Assembly: GCA_964354545.1 (NCBI GenBank)
Contig: CAYHAE010000008.1
Span: forward strand, 1 to 48,464
DNA length: 48,464 nt
From: an uncultured Planctomycetia bacterium
Lineage (GTDB): Bacteria; Omnitrophota; Gorgyraeia; 2-01-FULL-45-10; JAHFGN01
Direction of reading: 5' to 3'
Under the pieces are notes generated by a model. It ran no database searches and had not been told where the DNA came from. It saw only the letters and a list, made by a program, of their open reading frames with translations. The position numbers and the translations under genes are program-made. This document shows, in pieces, positions 1 to 12,000 of the stretch. Within the stretch, counting starts at the first letter, position 1. Each line of letters opens with the position of its first letter.

Positions 1-3000
1 TGGGACTTCACGGGGTCGAGCCCTAAGATGACGTCGAGGTTGAGCTCTCCCTCGTTCAGCCTTCTCTGCAAGAGCTTCTCATAGAGTCCTTTCACCATTG
101 GATAGAAGTCGTCTCGTGCGGGGTTGTCCCCGTAGGGGACGCCCTGCACGTTGCGTTCCCGCGGGGGGCTGTCGATGAGGAGCGTCATCACGATCGCGAG
201 GTCGAGTATGCCCGCCCACGGATAGACGTCCTCCTCGCCTTCCTGCCTCTGCCTATCGTCGATGGCGAGGACGCGGTAGTCGCCGTAGTCGCGGCCGTCC
301 GCGACAGTGGTGATGAGGAAGCCGGGCCTCGGCTCCTCGAGGCCTTCCTCCCGCAGAGAGTTCCTCGAGAGCGTGGAGCGCGTCCTGTACATCTCCTCGA
401 GGCGCTGCCGTAAACCCTCCCTCTTCCCTGAGAGGCTCACGAACTCGAAGCGTATGGGGTTGGCGCTGAAGCGCGCGTTCAAGCGCCTCTCCTTGAGGGC
501 GACGATGTCGGCGAACGTTTCGAGAAGGCCCTCGTCGCCTTCCCGCGTGAGCGGCAGCATGTCGACGTTGACGGCGACGGTGCGCGGGATGACCTTATCG
601 GTCGGCGAGCGCGACCGCGCGACTGCCTTTATGATATCGCGTGAGCCTTCGAGGCTCGAGAGGGTCATGTATTCGAGGGTAGAGAGGGCCTCTGCCGTGG
701 CGCGGGGCGAGGGCGTGGCGGGCGTGCGCACGAACCTCAAGAAGCGGATCGTGCCGCGGACGACCTCACCGGTCTCCTCGCGCGCTATGGCGACGCCTTC
801 CTCCGTGGCTGCCGGATAGGAGCCCGCCTTGTCGTAGAGGCTTCCGTCAATGGGCTTAAGGATGAAGCGCTCGCCGCCCACATCCCAGGCGACGGAGAAA
901 CGCTCTCCGTCTCCAGAGGTGAACGTCCCCGAGAAGTCGTCGGGGAACGCAGAGAAGTCATAGCTCACCCTGTCGGGAGCCGGCTGAGCCTCCTCGATGA
1001 GGCGCGCGCTATCAAGAAAGTCCGTCTCATCATATCTTCCACTCGTGGACTGGCGACCTTGCTGCTTTCCGGGTAAGTCGCCGTCCTCGATACTACTACC
1101 CGAGGAGGACTGGCGCCTGCCAGCTTCACCGTCCGTAGCCGTCCCCGAAGGGGACTGCCGCTCGCGAGTTTCACCTTCCGTAGGCGTCCCCGAAGGGGAG
1201 GTGCGTGTCTCAGGCGGTCCTTCTCGCGTCGAGCGAGATTGTCCCTCACCCGCTTTTTCCAAATCCGAATCCGGCCCTCGCGATCTCAGGTTTGCCAGGA
1301 AAGCTCCCAGAGCGCCAAAAACAGGCACGGAGAGGAGCAACAATGGGTGCGTGACCCCAAAGGCATAATGCAAAATAGCGATATAGAATACGAAGAAGCC
1401 GGCAAACGCACCCATCCCAAAGCCGGTAACGGTCCTTGGCAAGAACTCAGAGCCCTTCTCGGACCCTTTGAGATTCGCCAATAATACCCAGACGATAGAC
1501 CATGGCATCTCGACCACTGATATGCTCGAGACCATCTCCTGGGCTGTCGCGGTCCGGTTGAGATTGAAATACTGTATGGGTATCCATATGAGCCAGCACA
1601 GGACTATCGTTGTAAGAAGATTCCATTTGCGCTCTCTCCAGATCTCTCCCGCGATCATCCGCGGTGTCTTCATTGACGCGAGTTTCTCCTTCAGGGATAA
1701 TCCTTTCAGCTTATCGTAGAACCCGGAAACGAAGAAGGTCCAGAGGATGCTGGATGTCGCGCCCGCGGTCTGGTCTGTGAAGACCCTGAAGGCCTTGCCT
1801 ATCAGATGCGTGTTAGGTATGAAGTTCAGGTAGGCGACGTAATACCAGTTCCACACTATCCCAAAAATAAACCCGTAGACGAGAGCCGCTATCGCGATCT
1901 TTTTATAGTCGAGCTTCTCCTGGTCCCCTTTTAAGATGCCGAAGACTTGAGACAACAGTTCCCCTATGCCAAAATAGATCGTCGTGTTCACGTAATAGGG
2001 TATCGCACTCAAGATCACCGGGAAGCAGAAGTTCGCAAGCACCGCGAATAAGGCGGTGAGGCCGATGGACACGCCGATGACCGCATTCACATGCCCTTTC
2101 ATTACATTCAAGATCCTGCCGGACAAAGACGGGATCTGCGGCCTGTCGACCTCCCCGGCGACGTCTAGCGAAGGTTCGTCGCGCCGCTCTTCTCCGCTCG
2201 TTGAGCCGCGCGGCTCAGGTGGCCCTTCCCGCGTCGCGCGAGACCGCTCCTCGTCTTCACGTTCGCTTTCATCGTGACGGGGTGCGGCTGTTTTAGCAGT
2301 TCCATTTTTATAAATGAACAATACGAGCGGGATCAACCATGAGAGCAATGCATAGGGGTGGAGGTTTGTCGGCTGGCCCCGCAGTTCAGACGTGAGCACA
2401 TCGTACACGGAGAGGCCTAAGGGTATTATCGCTGAAAATAAGACGTGCCAGGTCTTGATGTTAACCAAGGGGCCCTGCCCTTGCGCGGGGCCTTCATCTG
2501 AACCGCTCGTTGAGCTCCTCCGGCCTTGTTCAAGACGGTCGCGCAAGATGGCCGGCGTCCTATTCTCGGTATCGGTGCGCCGTTCCCTCCTGCGCAAGGA
2601 GAGGGTATTGTAGCCCCATCCCTCCCGTTTCGAAAGGAAATCCGAGGGCTTCGTTATCGTCATCCCCTGCATCCCTCCGAGCGCTTCGAGCTCCGGAGTG
2701 GTGACAGGGACAAAGTCGCTCGAGAGGAAATCGTGCGAAAAGAGATGGTGCCCGGTATTCCACGGGGAGGACGAATCCTCTCCGAGCGTATATCCTCCCT
2801 CATTGAGATAACGCTGCTGGAGCTCCGCTACGGTCCACGCGGTCAGCTCTTCTGCATCTCTCTCTTTATCCATGTCATAATGAGGCGCCTTCTCCATGGC
2901 GATCGACACGCCCTGTTCGAGCAATTTTCGCAGGAGGGCGGGGCAGTGTTCTTCCGATGTGGTCCTGCGCACATCGAATGAACCGAAGAAGTATATGGTC

Positions 3001-6000
3001 CTCTCCTTCGGCGCCTCGCCCGGGTAGGCCCACGTGAAGCGTATCCTCCATATATCCTGCTCCTTGTCGATCGGCATTATCATATACTCGCCTCTTGCGA
3101 GGTCGAGGTACTCTTCGAGGATGAATTCCATCCACAGCCTGCTCGGCGCCAGATGGCTGAACGGCGTCCCCATCAGGTTCGTAAAGATCCTGTCCGTCTC
3201 TTGATCCCTCACCATCGCCGGCCTTACCTTCGCCTCGAACTCGTACCTCTTCTTGTTGCTCACGGGCCCGAATCTGGACTTTTCAATGAATATCGCCTCC
3301 GTGAAATCGGTGGCGAGGAGCGCGTGGTGGACGTCGGTGAACGAGTTGGGGTAGAAGAGCCTGGAGTTCGACCCGTCAGGGTTCACCACCGCGCGTATCT
3401 GTCTTAAGAACTCGAGTTTCCTTTCAGAGAAGAGACGCCTGAGCCCGTGAGGCCATTGCGGGGCCCCCCTCGTCGCTTCGCTCCTCGGGACTCCGCTCCT
3501 TGCGGTCGCGTCGCCGCTCGTCGAGTGACGGCCCGTCAAGGGTGGCCACGACTGATATTCCTTCCCCAAAACTAAATTGAACTCGCTCAATCTGTCTTTG
3601 GCCGTGACAAGAACTCTTCCATTATATGCGCGGTCAAATTGCCCGTACGTTATGTCGACGACGATCTCGTCGTCGACCAGGGCCAAATAGTGGTCCCGAG
3701 AAACGATCTGGTTCGATACGTCGGAATATCCGCGATAGCGCCCCTCAAATAAAGCCACAGACCTCCCTTTGAACAATCCGTTAAATGCCGCGCAGAAGCT
3801 ATTGTTCGCGTGAGCGCACATCGTACCTGAGGGGTCTTCCGAATCTCCGTCGGGCTCTCCTGCAGAAAAAGACCTTTTCAATTCCGCGAGCGCCGAGAAT
3901 ATCGCGCCATTGTCCTGATTCAACACCTCGTCCACACGAGAGAGAGTGATCTCGCCGGGTGCGAGGCTGCGAAGCTTATCTGCTATCACCTGCGTCAAGG
4001 CATCCCGGTGACTCTGCACCACATATCTTTCTCCTGTGCTCGTCCCGCTTGTGGAACCCCTGCTTCCGGCATCGCTGAACCCGATCGCGCCCTTCATCCA
4101 CTCTATCATGGGACTTTCCGCTTGATAGAAGGGACGCGGATGGGGAGAGTCTTCAGTCCCATCCACATACCACTGGAGGTTCATTATATCTACGAAACCC
4201 GCTGACTCCGGACCGACCGTCACGCCGAAGTAATCCTCGAGGAGCGCTATCTTTTGCTGATCACTGCATGACGTCATGATCTTATACAGATCATGCAGAC
4301 GGTATCCCAGAACCTGGTTCTGGTTGAGACCCCTCGTCCTTAACGCATTATCGAGGTCGTGGAAGAAGATCCTGTTATCGCAGTAGGAGATATTCGCAAA
4401 ATGAGGGAACATATGGATAAAACCGCTGTCGTGGAACCTGCGCAGCTCGCGGCCGACTTCTCTCACGACAGCAGGTTCGACGTATGTCGTAAAGTCGAAC
4501 ACGCCTTTTACTAGCCTCTTATCGAATTTGTCCTCTAACCCGAGGATCACAAAACCTACTTTCTGACCGTCAAATTCCATCCCTGTATACTCGCCGTACC
4601 CTATAGGGTACGGGACATTGAGGCCTGCCGCGATGCATTCAGATGCTATCTCAAACTCGTTCTGCGCCCTCTTAAGCAGCATCGTCCCTGTCGGCCTCTC
4701 CTCGGCTGTTGTGAATAATCCGAGCCCTTCGTCCGTCATCTCAAATATATCCGTGGGCCTGCCTTCACCCTGGTAATCTATCATCTGCGGCTCTCTGTCT
4801 ATCCCGCCGTAATGGTCTATCACTCCTTTGAGCCGTAAGGCGACTTCTAAGAAGTATATTTCTTTGCCTCCCACTCGGATCGGGTAAGGCAGGTCGATTA
4901 TAATAGACCGCCTTCCGGACGTGCGGTCATAGCGCATATTCTTCCAGCTCGCTGCCTCTCCTATCTTCCTAATGATCGATTCCGGCAGCACGTCGACAAC
5001 GTCCTTGGCGATATGTAATTTCACCGGATGCGGACCTTCGATGTCAAATTCCTGGAGGGGCCTTGCGCTGCCGCTCGCCGAACCGAGCGCATCCGGTCCT
5101 GAGTCCGCGCCCGAGGTGCTCGACCGGCCGCTCCCCTTCGTGCCCTTCCCCTCCCGGTCAATGGTGCTTCTGCCCGCCGCGTCCCGCGCCCGAGCCTCAG
5201 CATCCGGGGCCTGCCCTTTTCCTTTATCCTTTATCCCTAATATATCGAACCAGAATCTCTCTATCTCATCTTTGTACCGCTCGGCGACCTTGTCGAGGGA
5301 GTACTGGAAAAAGAGAATGAAGAAGAATGTCACAAAGGCGCTTAGGAAGGCCTGCCAGAGAGGCGCCTTTTCCCCGCCGAGCACGGCCGCTATCGTCAAC
5401 GCGGAACCGATAAGCGGGACGGCTATCACTTTAAGGAAGCCAAGCGCCTTGCGGAGAAATGTCCGACCGCCGCGCTCGCCCACCGCCTCTTCCAATCCGC
5501 GGCTGAGCCTCGAGGCGATATCGTCCGCCTGGTCTTCGAACGTGGTCGTGCTGGCCGAGGCGGGGTCCTGGGGATCGACGGAGGCAGTGATGTCAATGGC
5601 GAGGAATTGGACCCCATGCCGTGAGAGGTATCGCACATCGTTGACGATGCGCCGCGTGGTCTTTGCTATCTCCTCTTCGGTCGCCCGATGGCTGTTCCGC
5701 GGATCGACCCTGTCCTCAAACGACACGTAGTCGCCGTCGACGGTCGCGAGGGCCGGGCCCTTGAGCGTGCCGGCGAGACTCTTCGCATCTACCACTATGC
5801 CCTTTATGATCGTGCGGAACCCGTACCTCACCGCAAGCATGACGCGGTCGCTCATGGGAAGCACTACCAGCCCATCCCTTACTTCGACAGTCCCCGTCTC
5901 CCGCGCCGCATACCACTCCGGCACGATCCAGTAGACGCCGCTTATGAGGCCCTCTTCCGCAGCCCTTCTGACCCAATTATCGCCATTCACGTCTCTTCCC

Positions 6001-9000
6001 AGGGACGAACTGTCCGGATGCCTGTCGTAGAGGATGAGGGGCAGGCCTCTCGGTATTCTACCGGCCTCGACCTCCTCCTTGAGCCACCAGTAGAATTCGT
6101 CGTGGAGTACGCTCGTGTGAAGCCGGCCCGATGTGCTCGCTCTGCCCTGAGGACTTTCGCTATCACTGCGCGCAGACCCTTCTTCTGCGCCATCGGATCC
6201 ACCCTCCTCTTGAACCTGTGCCCTCATGCGGTTCGACCGCCATCCGAGGAAGATCTTCAACAAACCGTAGCCGGCGAGCACGGTGCCGGCGGCAGTAGCA
6301 ATACTCCAGCCCGCAGGCCCTGCAAGACCTTCCGCGGGGAAACGCTTCGCCGGCCTTGCAGGAGGCACGCGGACAAAAGTCCTTCGGGTGACTATGACAT
6401 TTGGTTCGGTCTTTTCCGCTGTCACATCGGGTTTCTTGTGACGGGCGATCATGAGACCGTTCGCGACAGGCCGGCCTCTGTGGAGGACCAATCTCTCCTG
6501 CCTCACGCCATGATGGATGCGGGCCACGACGGACCGTGAACTGCCTCCGTCGAGCGCGATTGCCTCGACCGCTCCCATACTTTTAAGGATATGTGCGGCC
6601 TCATGGAAGGACACGGCACCTCGCGCCGCGTGCAGCCACACGAGCAGGGCCTTCCCTTCTTTTGTAGTGCCAAGCACCATCCGGTCTGCGCTCGTCAATC
6701 CCGCCAATCTCTCCTCGACGGCGTTCACATAGACCTTTCCATCCATTATCAATCGAGGGCCTGCCATGAGGCCGTGGACGACGCCCTTCTCCTCCCAGCC
6801 CGGAGGAAGCGACCAGTGCCTCTCTATTTTGCTCCCTTTGGTGAAGGAAGAGGCGTATCTCCGCGCGCTTCCGTGGAACGAGATGACAAACCCGTCTTCG
6901 GGTATCTCGGAATTCCCTTTGCCCTGACGGACCTCGTCAACCTCATGCCGCATCGATACCGAACCGTCCCGGCGAGTACGGGAATGCTCCCTCACTATTA
7001 TCTCAATCCCGTAGTCGCTCGTCTCAGTATGTTTCCCATAAGCGGGGGTATAGACGACAAAGCCGTTCCGGCCGCGGGGCACGTTCACGCCGTGCACGAT
7101 GAAGTCGTCCCCGGCTTTCTTTGACGTGGTGAGCCAGTATTTCGGCATTTCGTCCGGTGAAGAGATGACCACCTTCGCAGGTTTTCCGGAAGACGGCTTT
7201 GTAAAACCTGCCATGCTTCGATGAATATTTGGCAGATTGAATACCAATACCTCCCCATCTTTCAGCACAAAGCCGATGGTCACTCCCGTGCGCAGGTCGA
7301 AGAAACCGCCGTTGACAGCGCCTTCCACGGTGAGGCCTGTCTCCTTCTGGAAGGAGGCTACCATAGCCTCAAGAGGCGCCGCTTCGAGCCCCGTCTGCCC
7401 ATTGGGATGCGTCGAAGGGACGATCTCGAGAGTCGTATCCCGGAGGTCCGCTGTAATGCGGTGCGTTTCGATGTATCCGTAGTGGCCGACACCGTAGTCA
7501 ACAGAATCTAAAGGATAGCCCGCGTGCACCTGAGGGGCAGCCCTCGCTGCGTCCTGACCGCACAGGCTCGCAGCGCCGACGAGGCCGCCTAGGGCGATGA
7601 GAAAGCCGCGTCGGGTCATCGGTGCCGCATACTCTTCCATACGGTCCGCGATCTTTTCAAGAATGTCTTCGACTCCGCTCGTCGAAAGCCTGACCTGCGG
7701 GAAGATATCGTTCCTTTCAGACAGAGCGACTATCCTTGGCCGCACGATCCCCACGCTCCTGTCCATTTCGCCGATACTGAAAGGCAGGGCTCGAGAAAAT
7801 CTGTTCCCCCGCTGCCATACTGTTGCAGCCACATTCCAGCTCAAGGTCTCCTCTGCGATCTTCGCGAAACCGGAATACATATGGAGCATGAAGAGCGGCA
7901 TGCGATCAAGGAAGTAGGGCACGAGGGAGCGCTCGTTCGCGTCCACCGTGAAGAGGAACGCGCCCTCCCTCATCTCCGTGAGGTTGCGCGCCATCTGCAT
8001 GATCGCGGCGTCCGACATGAGCGACAGCACATTGTTCATGAAGACTACATCCGCGGACCGGAGGCATGCGACGGTCAGAGGATCGAGCAGGCTTGCGCAG
8101 GCAAAGCCGAACGTCATGCGCGCGCGTATCTCGGGAAGCATCCGGTTGACAAATGCGAGCCCCTCGCGTGTCTCGGGCGGTTCTGTCCCTTCGACCGGGA
8201 AACTGGTGACCACATTCCGGTATGCCGCGTCGATGGTGCGGCTGTCAATGTCGACTCCCATCATGAAGAACCTGAGCCGGTCTATCCACCCTCTCCACCC
8301 GGGGATCCCCTTTGCCGCGTCCAACATCACTGCCCCGGCAGAGGCGAGATTGCACCCATAAGAAGACCCCAGGTCCAGGACCTTTATCGCGATGTCCCCT
8401 CCCCCGAAGCTCCGCAGGACTTTAAGGAGGTTCCGCCGGAACAGCTCCTCAAGGTAGCCGAGCTGGACGGGGTACCTCATCACCCACGAGCCGGTCTTGT
8501 TTCCCGCGATCCTCAGAAGATCGTGGAACGCGGGCGACTGGAGATCGACGAGATCCTGTGCGTACCAATGGGTGTCGCCGCCGTACACATTCCACAGGGT
8601 CTCCGAACTCGCTATCTGGGCCACCGCGTGGCCAACAGGATTACCCACGGTATCGACGAAGCCGGAGCCTATCCGCTGGAGCGCGGCAGATACCGCGGCG
8701 TAGAGGTCCTTCTCTAGAATAGCAATCGCATTGGCCTGGCCATGCACGAATGGAATGGACCCGCCGAAAACGCCTCGTCCGCTGGTCGATATCGCACCAT
8801 GGGGTACCTCATCGAGGACCCTCTCGACCTGAGCGCTCAGATGACCGCTTGTCGAGAGCCGTGTGTGCTTTTCGTCATGTTCGGGCCGGACCTCAGTGAA
8901 CGCTCTTAAGTATCCAAGCGCCGCATCGCGAACCCCAGAGTTTGGATGTTGTGCTGCCCGTTCCAAAAACCTCCTGCCGCTCTCCCTATTCTCTCTCGCT

Positions 9001-12000
9001 TTCGCGACGACCTCGACGGCCAGCCTCGCATACGATGGTCTGGCCGCGGACCTCACAAACGCATAGAAGTTCCCCAGGTTGCCTTCTTTAGCTAAATTGA
9101 CAAGGGCTTCGCGGCAGGTCTCGTAAAAATCGTCGTCCTTTGTGGGATATTCTGCTGCGGTGAGTATGATGGGAGGAATCGCTTTCTTGACGTCCAGTCG
9201 GCCGAGATATCTTATCGCCTCTATTTTATAATCGGGGATATACCGGCGCTGGGTGCCTTTTCTGACCGCGGCTAATCGCAACACTGCGTCGACCGCGAAC
9301 TGTGATGCGCCTTCAGGCCCGGCGCGAATCTCGACCCACAGGATATATGCGAGCGAAAGAAGGACGCCTGGGTCATTGATGAAATAGTCGGCCATATCAT
9401 TCAAGAATTCCCCGCTCGATAAAAGCGCTTCGAATCCGGAAAAGGTCTTCTCTATCTTCTCTCTCACCTCTTCTTCGGCATCTCCTTTCCTGATGCTAAG
9501 AGAGAGTTCGGCAAATCTGGCAAAACCCTCCCCATATTTCGAATTGCACGTCGCGCCGAGCAGAATCTTCTCCCGGGCGTTTTCTAATGTCCTCTCGCCA
9601 ATGCCTCTTATCTGCAGGAGGTCGTCAACACCTTCGAACTTCTTAGCAGACCTCGCATCTCTCGTACGAACGATCTCCGCTCTCTGTGTAGCATTGAACC
9701 CCACTATCCTCAATAACCTGTCATCACCACTGGCAGCACAATTAACAACCCGCACCATCTCCGTGTCACACTCAGCCGGGGTTGCATGAGGCCTGAGTCC
9801 CGCGCCGACGATTAATGCCTCTCGGGGCTGCCCGGCTTCAGCCGGTGTTTCCGCTCCGCTCGTTGACTGCCGCTTGCGAGATTGACCTTCAGTAGGCGTC
9901 CCCGAAGGGGACTGTCCCCGAAGGGGACGCCCTGCACCTGTCGTTCCTGTGGGGGGCTGGCGACCTTGCTGCTTTCCGGGTAAGTCGCCGTCCTCGATGC
10001 TACTACCCGAGGAGGACTGCCTGCCCTCCGAAGCCCTATCGCTCGCTTCACCTGAGGCGAAGGAGGGCCGCTTGCGAGATTGACCTTCAGCAGGCGTCCC
10101 CGGAGGGGGTTGCTGCGCGTCTTCTGAAACGCTGCCATCGCCTCTGTTAACTTCAGCAATATGAAAATAGGGTTCCTCTCTTACAAGTAAAACGCCGGGA
10201 ACCCTGAGCCCTTCCCTCAGCATAGTGACGAATATCTGTGCGCTGCCACGATCACGCGTGCCTTCAAATGCAGGAGATGCGGTCCACGTGTAACGCCACA
10301 TATTTATATGTGACGGTATGTAGCGCGCCATAGTGGGCCACTGTTCGTCTTTTGTGACATCGCCATAGAAAAATCTATAATGTACGAGCGCCCTCCAATC
10401 GCCGGGGAGGCTTTCGACGAACTCTCTCATATACAGCTCTGCCGCCCTTAGCTTATCTTCATTTATGTCATAGCCTATAAGCATGATATGCAATTTTTTC
10501 TCATGCTGTTCACAGTACGCCCTTATCATTTCTGCCACCTCGATCAATTCGGCAGGCCTGGAGCCTAAACCAAATGTCGTGGCTACTGCTTCTCCTGTAG
10601 ATCTATCGACGATCAACGGTATAGCCTCGTTGAGAGCGGCAACTTCCTCGGGCTCAAAACTCCAATTTGCTTCTGCGTGAGGAGGCTCTGCGGTATGGCA
10701 GGCTACGATAGCGCCGATCAAATGTCGATCATCTGAATCAGCATAAGGTAAAAACCATTGAGCCATCTCTGTAACGTGAGCGCTTGAGAGAGACGGAAGA
10801 GTCGCTCTCACTAAAGTTTCCAGGCGCGCCGCATCTTCGAGCCGCGGCGTGCCATCAGACGAATCTTCCCCGCTCGTCGAACCCCTCGCCTGCGGCATGA
10901 CCGTACCCTCCACTGCCGCCACCGCTTCTATCTCTACGAGCAACCCGGGACGACAGATGTCGGCCACCACATACAGCGCGGGAACGCCCGGGAAGTACTC
11001 CTCGCATATCGCTTTCACCGCCTCGACGTTCTCACGGTTCTTTACGTACACCCTGAATTGTGTGATATCTTTGAGCGTCGCGCCGGCGTCGATCCCATGG
11101 TCCTCGAGGTTCGCGCGCGCGATGAGTTTAGCGATATTGTCGACCGTGGTGTGGGTCTGCACCTCTATGCCTCCCGGCACCGTATCCTGTCCCTTGATGC
11201 CCGCCGTGCCTGAAACAAAAAGGTGCACGTGGCCGTCTTTCACCACCGCCTTTGCCCTCTCGAATTTCGGCGTCGCCTTGACAGGCTGGTCGGCCGCGGC
11301 CTTGCCCACCAGGACCTCTTCGGCGTACCTGTGCGCATCCACCTGTTCCGGATTCTTTATCGGGATCACATAGACATCGGGCCTCCCTGTTGCAAGCGCG
11401 GTGAACTCAAGGACCACGCCTCCTGTCGTCGTGCCTATGCCCGTGGCTGCCGGATAGTTGCGCGTAAGACTAGCGCGTCCGTACCAGGCTGCGCGCACAT
11501 CGTTGAATATCTGATATTTCTGCCTTTCCCCCTCGAACCCTACGATGTCCTCGATGTAATTCCACTGGCGGCACACGTCCCGGAAGGTAAATCCCTCCCG
11601 GACCAGGATCGCGCTCATTATAGCGAATGCGGCCTCTGCCTTTTCGCGCGTCCCGACCTTTGTTTCATCCTCAATCCCTGCAGCATAGAGCCATGTCACG
11701 CCATCCGCTTCGACGACCGTATAGGGGATCGAATACTCCTCTGTCATAAACAGCTTATGCTCTATCTTCATCGTGCCTTTTTTCGGACGGAGCACGGTGA
11801 ATTCCATAGACACCTGTTGGCCAAAAGCGGGAGGCTGTCCAACGAAGCTCACTGCGGGCACGGAATTCTCATAGTAGATCGCGAGCGGCGCCTGCGACTC
11901 GGCCTTCTTGCGCGTGTGGTCTTCATTATCGACGGCGCTCACGAGGACGGTCTGCTTCACGACGTTCGTGTGGTCGAGCCCCTGGTCGCGCAACAAGGCA

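Noticed and set aside
6370-6395. Second twin-arginine-like motif TRRTFV
   Set aside because: It is not followed directly by a hydrophobic h-region and is probably coincidental.
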